Source of the DNA: Minisyncoccia bacterium
GTDB lineage: Bacteria > Patescibacteriota > Minisyncoccia > Phycocordibacterales > SBAW01
Reading direction: 5' to 3'
Assembly (NCBI GenBank): GCA_049997855.1
Contig: JBEKSG010000001.1
Span: 58,059 to 122,058, forward strand
Length of the DNA: 64,000 bases
Positions 9,668 to 16,793 of this stretch are shown piece by piece. Made by a program: the position numbers and the translations under genes. The notes under the pieces are model-generated. The model was not told the DNA's origin, did no database searches, and was given only the letters and a program-made list of their open reading frames with translations. Every line of letters begins with the position of its first letter. Within the stretch, counting starts at the first letter, position 1.

Positions 9668-11115
9668 CGCAAAAGGGTTTTTCGACGGTAGAGATGCTGG
9701 TAGCCATGACTCTCATGCTGCTCACGCTCGCGGCCGCGCTGCTCCTCTCTTTTGGAAGCCAATCATTGCTTGCGGACAGTGCCGGCAATACCGAGGCGCT
9801 TTCGCTGGCAGATGAGATACTCGGCAACGAGGAGGCGCTTGCGCGCAAAGATTTTAATTTAGTAGTCCCGACCACCGCCATCGCAACAATTGGCTCAACC
9901 GCCTACACCGAGTCGGTCGCTGTTCTGACACAAAACAACTCCTTAACTAAAAAAGTGACCGTCGCCGTGTCGTGGACGGGCGAGTACGGCCGCGCCGAGC
10001 AGGTGTCGCTCGGCACGTATGTCACCGACTTTGAAAATGCATTCTCGAGCGATACATGCGATACCGATCTTTCGGGTAACTGGATGGCTCCTATCGTGGC
10101 GAACGCAGTGCAAAACTTCGCGCAGCTCGCGGATGACGCCTCCGGCACGTACACGCTCACCGATGTAAAAGCTCGCCAAGGCAAGCTGTATGTCACCGCA
10201 AGCAACAGCTCGTCCGGTAAAGAAACTTTTTTTATTTTTACTCTTGCAAACAATATTCCGACTTTATTATCAAAGCTCGACAACGACGCCAAGCACAACA
10301 CCGGCCTCGCGGCGGTCGCGCTCTCAAACAATTACGCGTATGTCGCCGGTGCGCTTTCAAGCGACCAGCTCCAAATAATCGACATTAGCAATCCGAGCAA
10401 TCTGGCAAGCTCGAGCATTGTCGCGACCTATAAAATCCCCGCAAGCGATGTCCCCAATGCAGGCGCCGGCAACGCTATTTTTTATAAAAACGGTTATGTA
10501 TATCTCGGCCTCGTCGCGAGCGGCGGCGGCGAGTTTAACATCATCGACGTGCGCAATCCGCAAAGCCCCGAGTGGGTGGGGAGCTACAACGTCGGTAATG
10601 CGGTCAACGGCATATATATAGAAGGCTCGTACGCCTATCTCGCCAGCCCCAACGCGCGCAATCTTATCGTGCTCGACATCAGCAATCCGGCGAATCCGCT
10701 CTTGGTGGGTTCGTATACTCCTGCCACGAGCGCCAACGGCGAGCGAGTTCTCGCACTGGGCGACACCGTATATCTCGGCCGCACGTACGGCACCAACGAA
10801 CTCTATGCGTTAAACGCGACCGCGCCCGCTTCCATTGTGCCGCTTGGTTTTAAAGATTTGGGTGTGGGGAGCAATACCAGCATCAACGGCATGGTGTTGC
10901 GCTCGAACATCGCTTTTTTGCTCACCAACAAACAGCTCGTGAGTTACGACATGAGCAACCCGGCGGCTATCTCTGCATACGGTGCGCCGCTTGTGCTCCC
11001 AAACGCCACATCCGGCGCGGCGCTTGCGTGCGACGGCAACACACTCTTTGCGGCGGCTAACGACGCAAGCACTAACGGTCACGGCTACCTGTATGTGATA
11101 CAACCCGGCGTATGA
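9661..11115 (+). CDS. Pseudopilin-like protein fused to an LVIVD-repeat beta-propeller domain (candidate pilus tip adhesin)
   Basis: N-terminus KGFSTVEMLVAMTL (prepilin-like), followed by at least 4 repeats of the LxIIDISNP...VGSY type (LVIVD repeat). Confidence 0.6.
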   Translation: MVAQKGFSTVEMLVAMTLMLLTLAAALLLSFGSQSLLADSAGNTEALSLADEILGNEEALARKDFNLVVPTTAIATIGSTAYTESVAVLTQNNSLTKKVTVAVSWTGEYGRAEQVSLGTYVTDFENAFSSDTCDTDLSGNWMAPIVANAVQNFAQLADDASGTYTLTDVKARQGKLYVTASNSSSGKETFFIFTLANNIPTLLSKLDNDAKHNTGLAAVALSNNYAYVAGALSSDQLQIIDISNPSNLASSSIVATYKIPASDVPNAGAGNAIFYKNGYVYLGLVASGGGEFNIIDVRNPQSPEWVGSYNVGNAVNGIYIEGSYAYLASPNARNLIVLDISNPANPLLVGSYTPATSANGERVLALGDTVYLGRTYGTNELYALNATAPASIVPLGFKDLGVGSNTSINGMVLRSNIAFLLTNKQLVSYDMSNPAAISAYGAPLVLPNATSGAALACDGNTLFAAANDASTNGHGYLYVIQPGV

Positions 11116-11621
11116 ATAAAAAAATAACACAAGGATTTATCCGTCATGACGCCGGGTTTACGCTTATCGAAGTGATTATGTATCTCGCGCTTTTTAGCAT
11201 ACTGATGGCGGGCTCGCTCTCGGCTGCTTTTGCGCTGTGCGAGAGCAGCGGACACGAGCGCACGCGCGCGTTGTTGCTTGAGGAAGGCAATTTTATTATC
11301 GCCAAAACGGAGTGGGAACTTTCGGGCGCAGAACTTGTCACCGATCCAAGCGTCGGCAACTCCGGCGCGACGCTTTCGATTGAAAGGGTGTCGGGATACG
11401 ACAACACCGGCGCTCCTGTAACAAACGCCGTAGTGTTCGATCCGTCAACATTGGTTGGCGGCGGAGTTTCGCTTGCCTCCGTGCGTTTTTACCACGCCGC
11501 TGATTCGGGTATCGGTGCCAATCCCGAGAGCGTTGGCATAAGCTTTACGCTTGCTATGCGCACCGAGCAAGGTGCGCTGATGAGCCAAAGTTTTTTTAGC
11601 ACAACGACGCTTAAAAAATGA
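11112..11621 (+). CDS. Prepilin-type minor pilin/pseudopilin
   Basis: AGFTLIEVIMYLALFSIL N-terminal methylation motif. Confidence 0.7.
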   Translation: MNKKITQGFIRHDAGFTLIEVIMYLALFSILMAGSLSAAFALCESSGHERTRALLLEEGNFIIAKTEWELSGAELVTDPSVGNSGATLSIERVSGYDNTGAPVTNAVVFDPSTLVGGGVSLASVRFYHAADSGIGANPESVGISFTLAMRTEQGALMSQSFFSTTTLKK

Positions 11622-12058
11622 CTATGAAAAAACGGGGATTTATCGCGCTCATGTCCGTCATCATACTCTCGGCTGTCTTGCTCGGGATGGCAGCCACCGC
11701 GAGTACCGCGGGATTTTTTGCGCGGTTTAGCGCGCTCGATAAGGAGTATAAAAAAAGCGCGCTTGGGCTTGCCGACTCGTGCGCTAATGTCGCCCTTCTT
11801 ACTCTCGCGCAAAATTACGCATATACGCCCACTCTGCCTGTCGTGGTGTCGCTTGACAGCGACACATGCACCATACAATCAATAACCAACCTCGGCGCGC
11901 CCTCCGCCTCCTCGCGCACGGTGCTTATTACCGCTACAGCCAGTTATCGGGAGGCGTTTAGCGCAGTCGAGGTAAACGCCACGGCAGCAAACCCCGCTAG
12001 TAGTGCCTCTCCGGTCGCCTATCCCATAATCATTAACTCCTGGCGAGAAATCAACTAA
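11618..12058 (+). CDS. Pilus-associated small protein with N-terminal hydrophobic anchor (PilX-like minor pilin candidate)
   Basis: KRGFIALMSVIILSAVLLGMA N-terminus without Glu+5; operon position among pseudopilins. Confidence 0.4.
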   Translation: MTMKKRGFIALMSVIILSAVLLGMAATASTAGFFARFSALDKEYKKSALGLADSCANVALLTLAQNYAYTPTLPVVVSLDSDTCTIQSITNLGAPSASSRTVLITATASYREAFSAVEVNATAANPASSASPVAYPIIINSWREIN

Positions 12059-12061
12059 TAT

Positions 12062-12106
12062 ACGGAGGTTAAACCTTCGTTTAATGTACGGAGGTTAAAC
12101 CTCCGT
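12062..12106. repeat. REP doublet (ACGGAGGTTAAACCTTCGT + ACGGAGGTTAAACCTCCGT, direct) flanking the RAYT 3' end
   Basis: 19-bp perfect palindrome ACGGAGGTT-A-AACCTCCGT seen directly. Confidence 0.75.
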
Positions 12107-12761
12107 TTTCTCCGTAGGAAAGCCATTCTTTGAGACTATGTCTAAAATCTAACGCGGTTTCAAAATACTTTGGCAGCGTTGTTTTATTGAGAATGTTACC
12201 TTCTATACGTTTTGTGCCAATATAATCGGGATAACTTGAGTACGGATATTTTTTGAGATATGTTTCCGCTCTATTTTTGTCGGCAATGCCAGTCTCTTTC
12301 CATGCCGGTTCGATTAATTTTACCGGGTTTAAATGGATATAAGAAATAAGGTAAGAGAGATAGCGATCTTCACTAACGTGCGATGATTTGTATGTCCCTT
12401 GGAAGAGTGCACCTGAGTGTTTATATTTTTTATTAAAGTACATCGTGTAAGCTGTCGTCAGTTTCTGCATAAACTTGCTTATGCCCCCGTCTGCTTTTTC
12501 GTGCACAAGCAAATGAAAATGATTTGGCATTAAACAATAGACGCCAATATCTGTCAGGGTCTCTCCGCGCTCAACCATGTGGGCTTTTTCAAGCGTTTGA
12601 CCCTGCGCTCTGGTATCCGTTGAAATACTGCTATTACAGAGATAGAGAAGTGATATAAAACGATCATAATCTATTTGGGAGGTAAAAATGTCCCTTTTTT
12701 CGACGCCGCGATTGTATAAGTGGTAAAACTCTCCTGGTGCAAAGACGCTTTTTCGTGCCAT
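12081..12761 (-). CDS. REP-associated tyrosine transposase (RAYT; IS200/IS605-like Y1 HUH transposase)
   Basis: YHLYNRG, HUH motif NHFHLLVHE, C-terminal Tyr region. Gene bracketed by REP palindromes on both sides; the last residues GGLTSVH are encoded by the REP itself. Confidence 0.75.
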   Translation of the reverse strand: MARKSVFAPGEFYHLYNRGVEKRDIFTSQIDYDRFISLLYLCNSSISTDTRAQGQTLEKAHMVERGETLTDIGVYCLMPNHFHLLVHEKADGGISKFMQKLTTAYTMYFNKKYKHSGALFQGTYKSSHVSEDRYLSYLISYIHLNPVKLIEPAWKETGIADKNRAETYLKKYPYSSYPDYIGTKRIEGNILNKTTLPKYFETALDFRHSLKEWLSYGENGGLTSVH

Positions 12762-12791
12762 GGCGGCACTATACCAATCTGAAAAAAATAC

Positions 12792-12829
12792 ACAAAGGTT
12801 TAACCTTTGTACGGAGGTTAAACCTCCGT
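12792..12829. repeat. REP doublet (ACAAAGGTTTAACCTTTGT variant + ACGGAGGTTAAACCTCCGT) flanking the RAYT 5' end
   Basis: Direct sequence observation. Confidence 0.75.
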
Positions 12830-12877
12830 AACTTACGTGGGGCTTTACAAAGCTTGGAGTTTTGGTAGAGTCCCCGC

Positions 12878-13393
12878 ATGCAAACTATAAAGGACATTAT
12901 AAAGGACATTTTTTATAAAGGACAGAAAAAAACAGAAGTAGCAAAAGGTTTTACGCTTATCGAGATTTTGGTCGTTATTGGCATCATCGCCATTTTGGCG
13001 GCTATTGTGATAGTTGCCGTCAATCCTGCCCGCCAATTTGCCGAGGCGCGCAATAGTCAACGCCAAAGCAACGTTGAGTCTATCCTCAACGCGGTAGGGC
13101 AAAATATTGCCGACAATAAAGGGGTTTTTATCTGTGCGGCGGGCACACTCCCTCCAATTGCCACTACGATAGAAAGCACCGGCGGCTACGACTTGCGCGG
13201 ATGCATCGTGCCAACCTACATGGCCGAGATACCGGTTGACCCGTCAATCGGCACCATCTCAAGCGACGGCAGCACCTACAACACCGGCTATACCATCATG
13301 CAAAGCGCCTCAACCGCGCGCATCACGGTGTGCGCGCCCGGCGGCGCCGAGCCTGCAATCCAAGGGAGTGCCGCCATTTGCGTTACGCGATAA
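12878..13393 (+). CDS. Type IV major pilin (PilA-like)
   Basis: KGFTLIEILVVIGIIAILAAIVIVAVNP classical type IV pilin N-terminal helix, 24-aa basic leader, C-terminal Cys pair (CAAG...C, C...C). Confidence 0.75.
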   Translation: MQTIKDIIKDIFYKGQKKTEVAKGFTLIEILVVIGIIAILAAIVIVAVNPARQFAEARNSQRQSNVESILNAVGQNIADNKGVFICAAGTLPPIATTIESTGGYDLRGCIVPTYMAEIPVDPSIGTISSDGSTYNTGYTIMQSASTARITVCAPGGAEPAIQGSAAICVTR

Positions 13394-13401
13394 GTTCAAT
13401 T

Positions 13402-13420
13402 ACGGAGGTTTAACCTCCGT
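13402..13420. repeat. Single REP palindrome ACGGAGGTTTAACCTCCGT just after the pilin stop
   Basis: Direct sequence observation. Confidence 0.7.
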
Positions 13421-13515
13421 AAATTGATTCACCCGACCCTTCATCTGGTATTTAGTCAAGCTTGCTCACTGTTATAATAGTGCGGTATGTTTGAGCGGTA
13501 AGACAAGAGGGCGGT

Positions 13516-15357
13516 TTGACCGATTTATTAAATTATTTTAATAGTATGAATATCCAACGCACCGGCTCGACGTTTGTTTCCGGAATTCTTTTAGGTCTCG
13601 CTCTGTTTGTAGGTATTTCTTCTGCAGCGCAACCGGCTCCAGTTAAAGCACAATCTGTGCCGCTTGGCAGTCAGATTGTGTGTTTTGTTTTTACTAGTCT
13701 CAACATGTTTGGTCAGCCTATTCCGCCTCTGAGCACCAGTGATTGTCCGAGTGCGCCATCATACGGCACAGGCACACTTACAGTTATGAAAGTTGTTGTG
13801 GGAGGCACTGCAGTATCTTCTGGTTTTAGTATTCATGTTAAAAGTGGAGGTACTGATATCTCATACAGCCCGCAGCCGGGCTCAGTAACCGGGACCTCAT
13901 ATATCAGCCTTACGCCGGACAATTACACGGTGAGCGAAACAGGAGGGCCAGCCAACTACATCGGCGTCTTTAGTGGTGATTGCAACCCAAGCGGGATTGT
14001 ATCCGTGGCATCAAGTAGTATTCCTGCCGTGTGCACCATCACTAACACCTACACCGGATCGAGCGGAGGTGGGGGAGGCACGGCAAGCACGTCCGACCTC
14101 TCGATCAGTAAAACGGTCAGCACAAGTACTCCTAACGAGGGACAGACCATTACCTACACGCTTACGGTACACAACATCGGTCCCGATACGGCGCAGCATG
14201 TTTCGGTTACTGATATGCTCCCGGCAGGCCTCACTTATGTTTCCGATGACAGCGGGGGTACCTATACTCCAAGCACAGGAATCTGGCTTGTAGGTACAGT
14301 GACAACCCTGGCAAACGCTTTGCTCCATATCGTTGCCACAGTGGGCAATACCACAAATACTATTACCAACACAGCCAACATCGCTGCCGCCAGCAGCACC
14401 GACCCGGTAAGCACCAACAACACGGCACAGGTGAGCATTACGCCAGTAGCTCCCTCAAGCGGTGGCGGAGGCGGCGGCGGTGGAAGTGGCGGAAGTGGAA
14501 CCACCACCTCGGATGTAGCTATCACCAAAACAGTCGACAACAGCACGCCCAATATTGGCGGCACTGTCACCTACACAATCACTGCAAGCGATAGCGGGGT
14601 AGACGCAAGCGGCGTGGTAGTGCAGGACATTCTGCCCAGCGGGCTTACCTTTGTCTCAACCAGCACTGCCGACACGGTGGGTGTGTACAACCCGACCACG
14701 GGCAACTGGACTATAGGCGCTCTGAGCAGCACGACTCCTGCCGTGCTCCATATTATGGCTACCGTAAACAGCAGTTTGGACAACGGCACGGTTATCACCA
14801 ACACAGCTGCGGTGACCAGTGGCGATACTTCCTCGGATAGCGCAAACAACTCATCTTCGGCGCCGGTAACCGTTACTATCCCCGTTACGCCAACTAATAC
14901 CACTGGTGGTGGCGGAGGCGGTGGAGGTGGCGGGGGGGGCGGCGGTGGTGGAATTATCTCTGGTCCGCTCTCATACGGATACGGCGGAGGAGGAGGATAC
15001 CTAACACCGGGCTTGGTGCTCGGTACTTCTACCCAACAAGGAACATCGTGCGGTACATACCTCACCAGCTATTTGCGCATGGGCAGACCAAACGATGCCG
15101 GACAGGTTAAAAAACTGCAGACCTTCCTCAATACTTATGCCGGCGCAAAACTCCCGGTTACCGGCTTCTTTGGCAAGCTTACCGATGCGGCTGTGCGCAA
15201 GTTCCAGACGCAATATACCGCAGACGTGCTCACGCCGTGGATACCATACGGTCTTCCCGTTAACGAGACCACCGGCTACGTGTACAAGACAACGCAGCGC
15301 AAAATTAATCTTATTATGTGCAGCGCTCTCAACCTTCCGATGCCAAGGCTCCCTTAG
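13516..15357 (+). CDS. Large secreted cell-surface protein: DUF11-like conserved repeat domains separated by poly-Gly linkers, C-terminal peptidoglycan-binding (PG_binding_1-like) domain
   Basis: Signal peptide; two repeats LSISKTVSTSTPNEGQTITYTLTVHNIGPD.../ITKTVDNSTPNIGGTVTYTITASDSG... (DUF11 style); G8-G16 linkers; C-terminus RMGRPNDAGQVKKLQTFLN...GFFGKLTDAAVRKFQ. Confidence 0.65.
   Translation: MTDLLNYFNSMNIQRTGSTFVSGILLGLALFVGISSAAQPAPVKAQSVPLGSQIVCFVFTSLNMFGQPIPPLSTSDCPSAPSYGTGTLTVMKVVVGGTAVSSGFSIHVKSGGTDISYSPQPGSVTGTSYISLTPDNYTVSETGGPANYIGVFSGDCNPSGIVSVASSSIPAVCTITNTYTGSSGGGGGTASTSDLSISKTVSTSTPNEGQTITYTLTVHNIGPDTAQHVSVTDMLPAGLTYVSDDSGGTYTPSTGIWLVGTVTTLANALLHIVATVGNTTNTITNTANIAAASSTDPVSTNNTAQVSITPVAPSSGGGGGGGGSGGSGTTTSDVAITKTVDNSTPNIGGTVTYTITASDSGVDASGVVVQDILPSGLTFVSTSTADTVGVYNPTTGNWTIGALSSTTPAVLHIMATVNSSLDNGTVITNTAAVTSGDTSSDSANNSSSAPVTVTIPVTPTNTTGGGGGGGGGGGGGGGGIISGPLSYGYGGGGGYLTPGLVLGTSTQQGTSCGTYLTSYLRMGRPNDAGQVKKLQTFLNTYAGAKLPVTGFFGKLTDAAVRKFQTQYTADVLTPWIPYGLPVNETTGYVYKTTQRKINLIMCSALNLPMPRLP
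14932..14939 (+). repeat. G8 homopolymer inside the poly-Gly linker coding region of ORF 13516..15357
   Basis: cggggggggc seen directly; a potential slipped-strand site. Confidence 0.5.
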
Positions 15358-15610
15358 AGCCTATTTGACATCAACACAGCACAAAGTAACATAACCCGGC
15401 TGAGCTACGCTTGGCCGGAGACTCCGTGCTTCGATACGACTCTTAGATGGGTCCAAAACCTTCCGGCTTTCCGCTGGTTTCCCAGGAATTTGGACCCATC
15501 TAAACGCCGTATCTATACAGTATATGCCCATGGCAATGAATCTTTTTTGAAGAGTGCATATTGACGGGGTATCCTGCTCGTTCTCCAGTCGTAGCCGGAG
15601 ATAAAAATCA

Positions 15611-15639
15611 TTGACACTTCATAGTGAGCTTACGATAAT
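15611..15639 (+). promoter_or_regulatory. Sigma70-like promoter TTGACA-N17-GATAAT
   Basis: Consensus -35, 17-nt spacer, near-consensus -10; a second copy of the ATTGACACTTCAT element at 15802-15814. Confidence 0.5.
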
Positions 15640-15663
15640 GTATACGTTCAAGGAGCACGTACA

Positions 15664-15702
15664 ATGCTCTTACGAACAGGGAAACCGGCGACAGCCACAT
15701 GA
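15664..15702 (+). CDS. Candidate 12-aa sORF MLLRTGKPATAT with strong RBS AAGGAG (15650-15655, 8-nt spacing)
   Basis: Sits between the promoter at 15611 and the terminator at 15749. Could be a leader peptide or a small-protein gene; could equally be a non-coding RNA. Confidence 0.25.
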   Translation: MLLRTGKPATAT

Positions 15703-15748
15703 CTGTTGCTATTTTTTCTGTGTCACTATTAATTGGTTCAAAACTGAA

Positions 15749-15792
15749 GCGAAACGCTGCATAAGCGTTTCGCTGTTTTTGTTTTTTGTTTC
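15749..15792 (+). terminator. Rho-independent terminator: GCGAAACGCT-GCATA-AGCGTTTCGC followed by TGTTTTTGTTTTTTGTTT
   Basis: 10-bp perfect stem, 5-nt loop, U-rich tail. Confidence 0.7.
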
Positions 15793-15976
15793 AAAAATTG
15801 TTTATTGACACTTCATGTAGAGTTCAGAGCTTAGCCGCACAATACAACACGTGAGGCTGTGCTGTGAACTGTACAAGTACAGTCCACAAAAAGGTCGATG
15901 CCCCGACATCGCGCTCGCCGTACGGAGGCGAGATGCCGGGATTACCAATTATTTAAATTAAAAGCTTCAGAACTCT

Positions 15977-16648
15977 ATGAACAAACTTATTGCAGTGGCA
16001 ACAGGACTCGCGATGCTCGCAATGGCATCTCCGGCGTTCGCATCGGTCAACAGCAGCTCGATTACCATCTTGAACACGAACTCGGGTTACATCAGCAACA
16101 CCACTTCTGCAGTGGCACAAACCGGCGGCAATACCGCAGGCGGAAGCAATGCAGGGCATGGTGGCAATGGTGGCAGTATCGTTGCTGCCGGTAGCGGCAC
16201 TGACAACAACGGCGGTGCGACAGCCGGCAATGCCGGCAATGGAGGCAGCTCCAGCGCAGGCGGCACGGTCTCTTCGGGTGCTGCAACGTCGGACTCAGGC
16301 TCGGCAAACGCACTCAACAGCAATGTTGTTACGGTTAGCGGAGGCACCCTGAATAGTTCCTCGGCAACAGTGGAAAACAGCAATACCGGTAGTTATATTT
16401 CGGACGGCACCACTGCAGGCGCTCAAACAGGCGGCAATCATGCGCACGGTAGCAATGCTGGCAACGCTGGCAATGCCGGAAGCGTCGGTTCGAACGGCGG
16501 TAGCGGCAACAACGGCGGCGCGACGAGCGGCAATAGCGGCAGCGGCGGCAATAGCGGCACGGGCGGCTATGTTGCGACTGGCGCTTCGAGCGCAACTTCG
16601 GGCAGCATCAACGTGATGAACACGAACATCATTCGCACGCACTTCTAA
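15977..16648 (+). CDS. Secreted Gly/Asn/Ser/Thr-rich repeat protein (paralogous repeat family shared with 19151..22378 and 22424..22939)
   Basis: Signal peptide MNKLIAVATGLAMLAMASPAFA; repeats of the type TGGNTAGGS...ALNSNVVTV / SINVMNTNII. Confidence 0.55.
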   Translation: MNKLIAVATGLAMLAMASPAFASVNSSSITILNTNSGYISNTTSAVAQTGGNTAGGSNAGHGGNGGSIVAAGSGTDNNGGATAGNAGNGGSSSAGGTVSSGAATSDSGSANALNSNVVTVSGGTLNSSSATVENSNTGSYISDGTTAGAQTGGNHAHGSNAGNAGNAGSVGSNGGSGNNGGATSGNSGSGGNSGTGGYVATGASSATSGSINVMNTNIIRTHF

Positions 16649-16793
16649 ATCGCTGAAGGTTAGACGAGTTCGCTCGTGTAATATAGCGATTCTTTGAGGG
16701 TTCGGGAGCTTGGGTTAGCAAGCTCCCGCCCTCGGGAGAGTCTTTTGGGAAAGAAGGTTGTCCGGAGGGTTATTACTAACTTATTAGCAGCTA

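Noticed and set aside
14440-14960. Short periodic GGN repeats (ggtggcgga...) that could be mistaken for a CRISPR-like or tandem-repeat array
   Set aside because: They are in-frame Gly codons inside a long ORF, with no spacer-repeat architecture.
15611-15808. 65-aa ORF 15611..15808
   Set aside because: It spans the promoter, the sORF and the intrinsic terminator hairpin. It reads through the terminator stem-loop and T-tract, so it is more likely non-coding.
15895-15935. GTACGGAGGCGAG segment resembling the REP left arm
   Set aside because: It lacks the TTAAACC core and palindromic partner, so it is only a chance partial match.
16087-16642. Minus-strand ORFs antisense to the Gly/Asn-rich gene (16087..16383, 16295..16642, and others)
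   Set aside because: They are Cys/Arg-rich translations of the antisense strand of a repetitive GC-rich gene. The sense strand has a signal peptide and coherent repeats.
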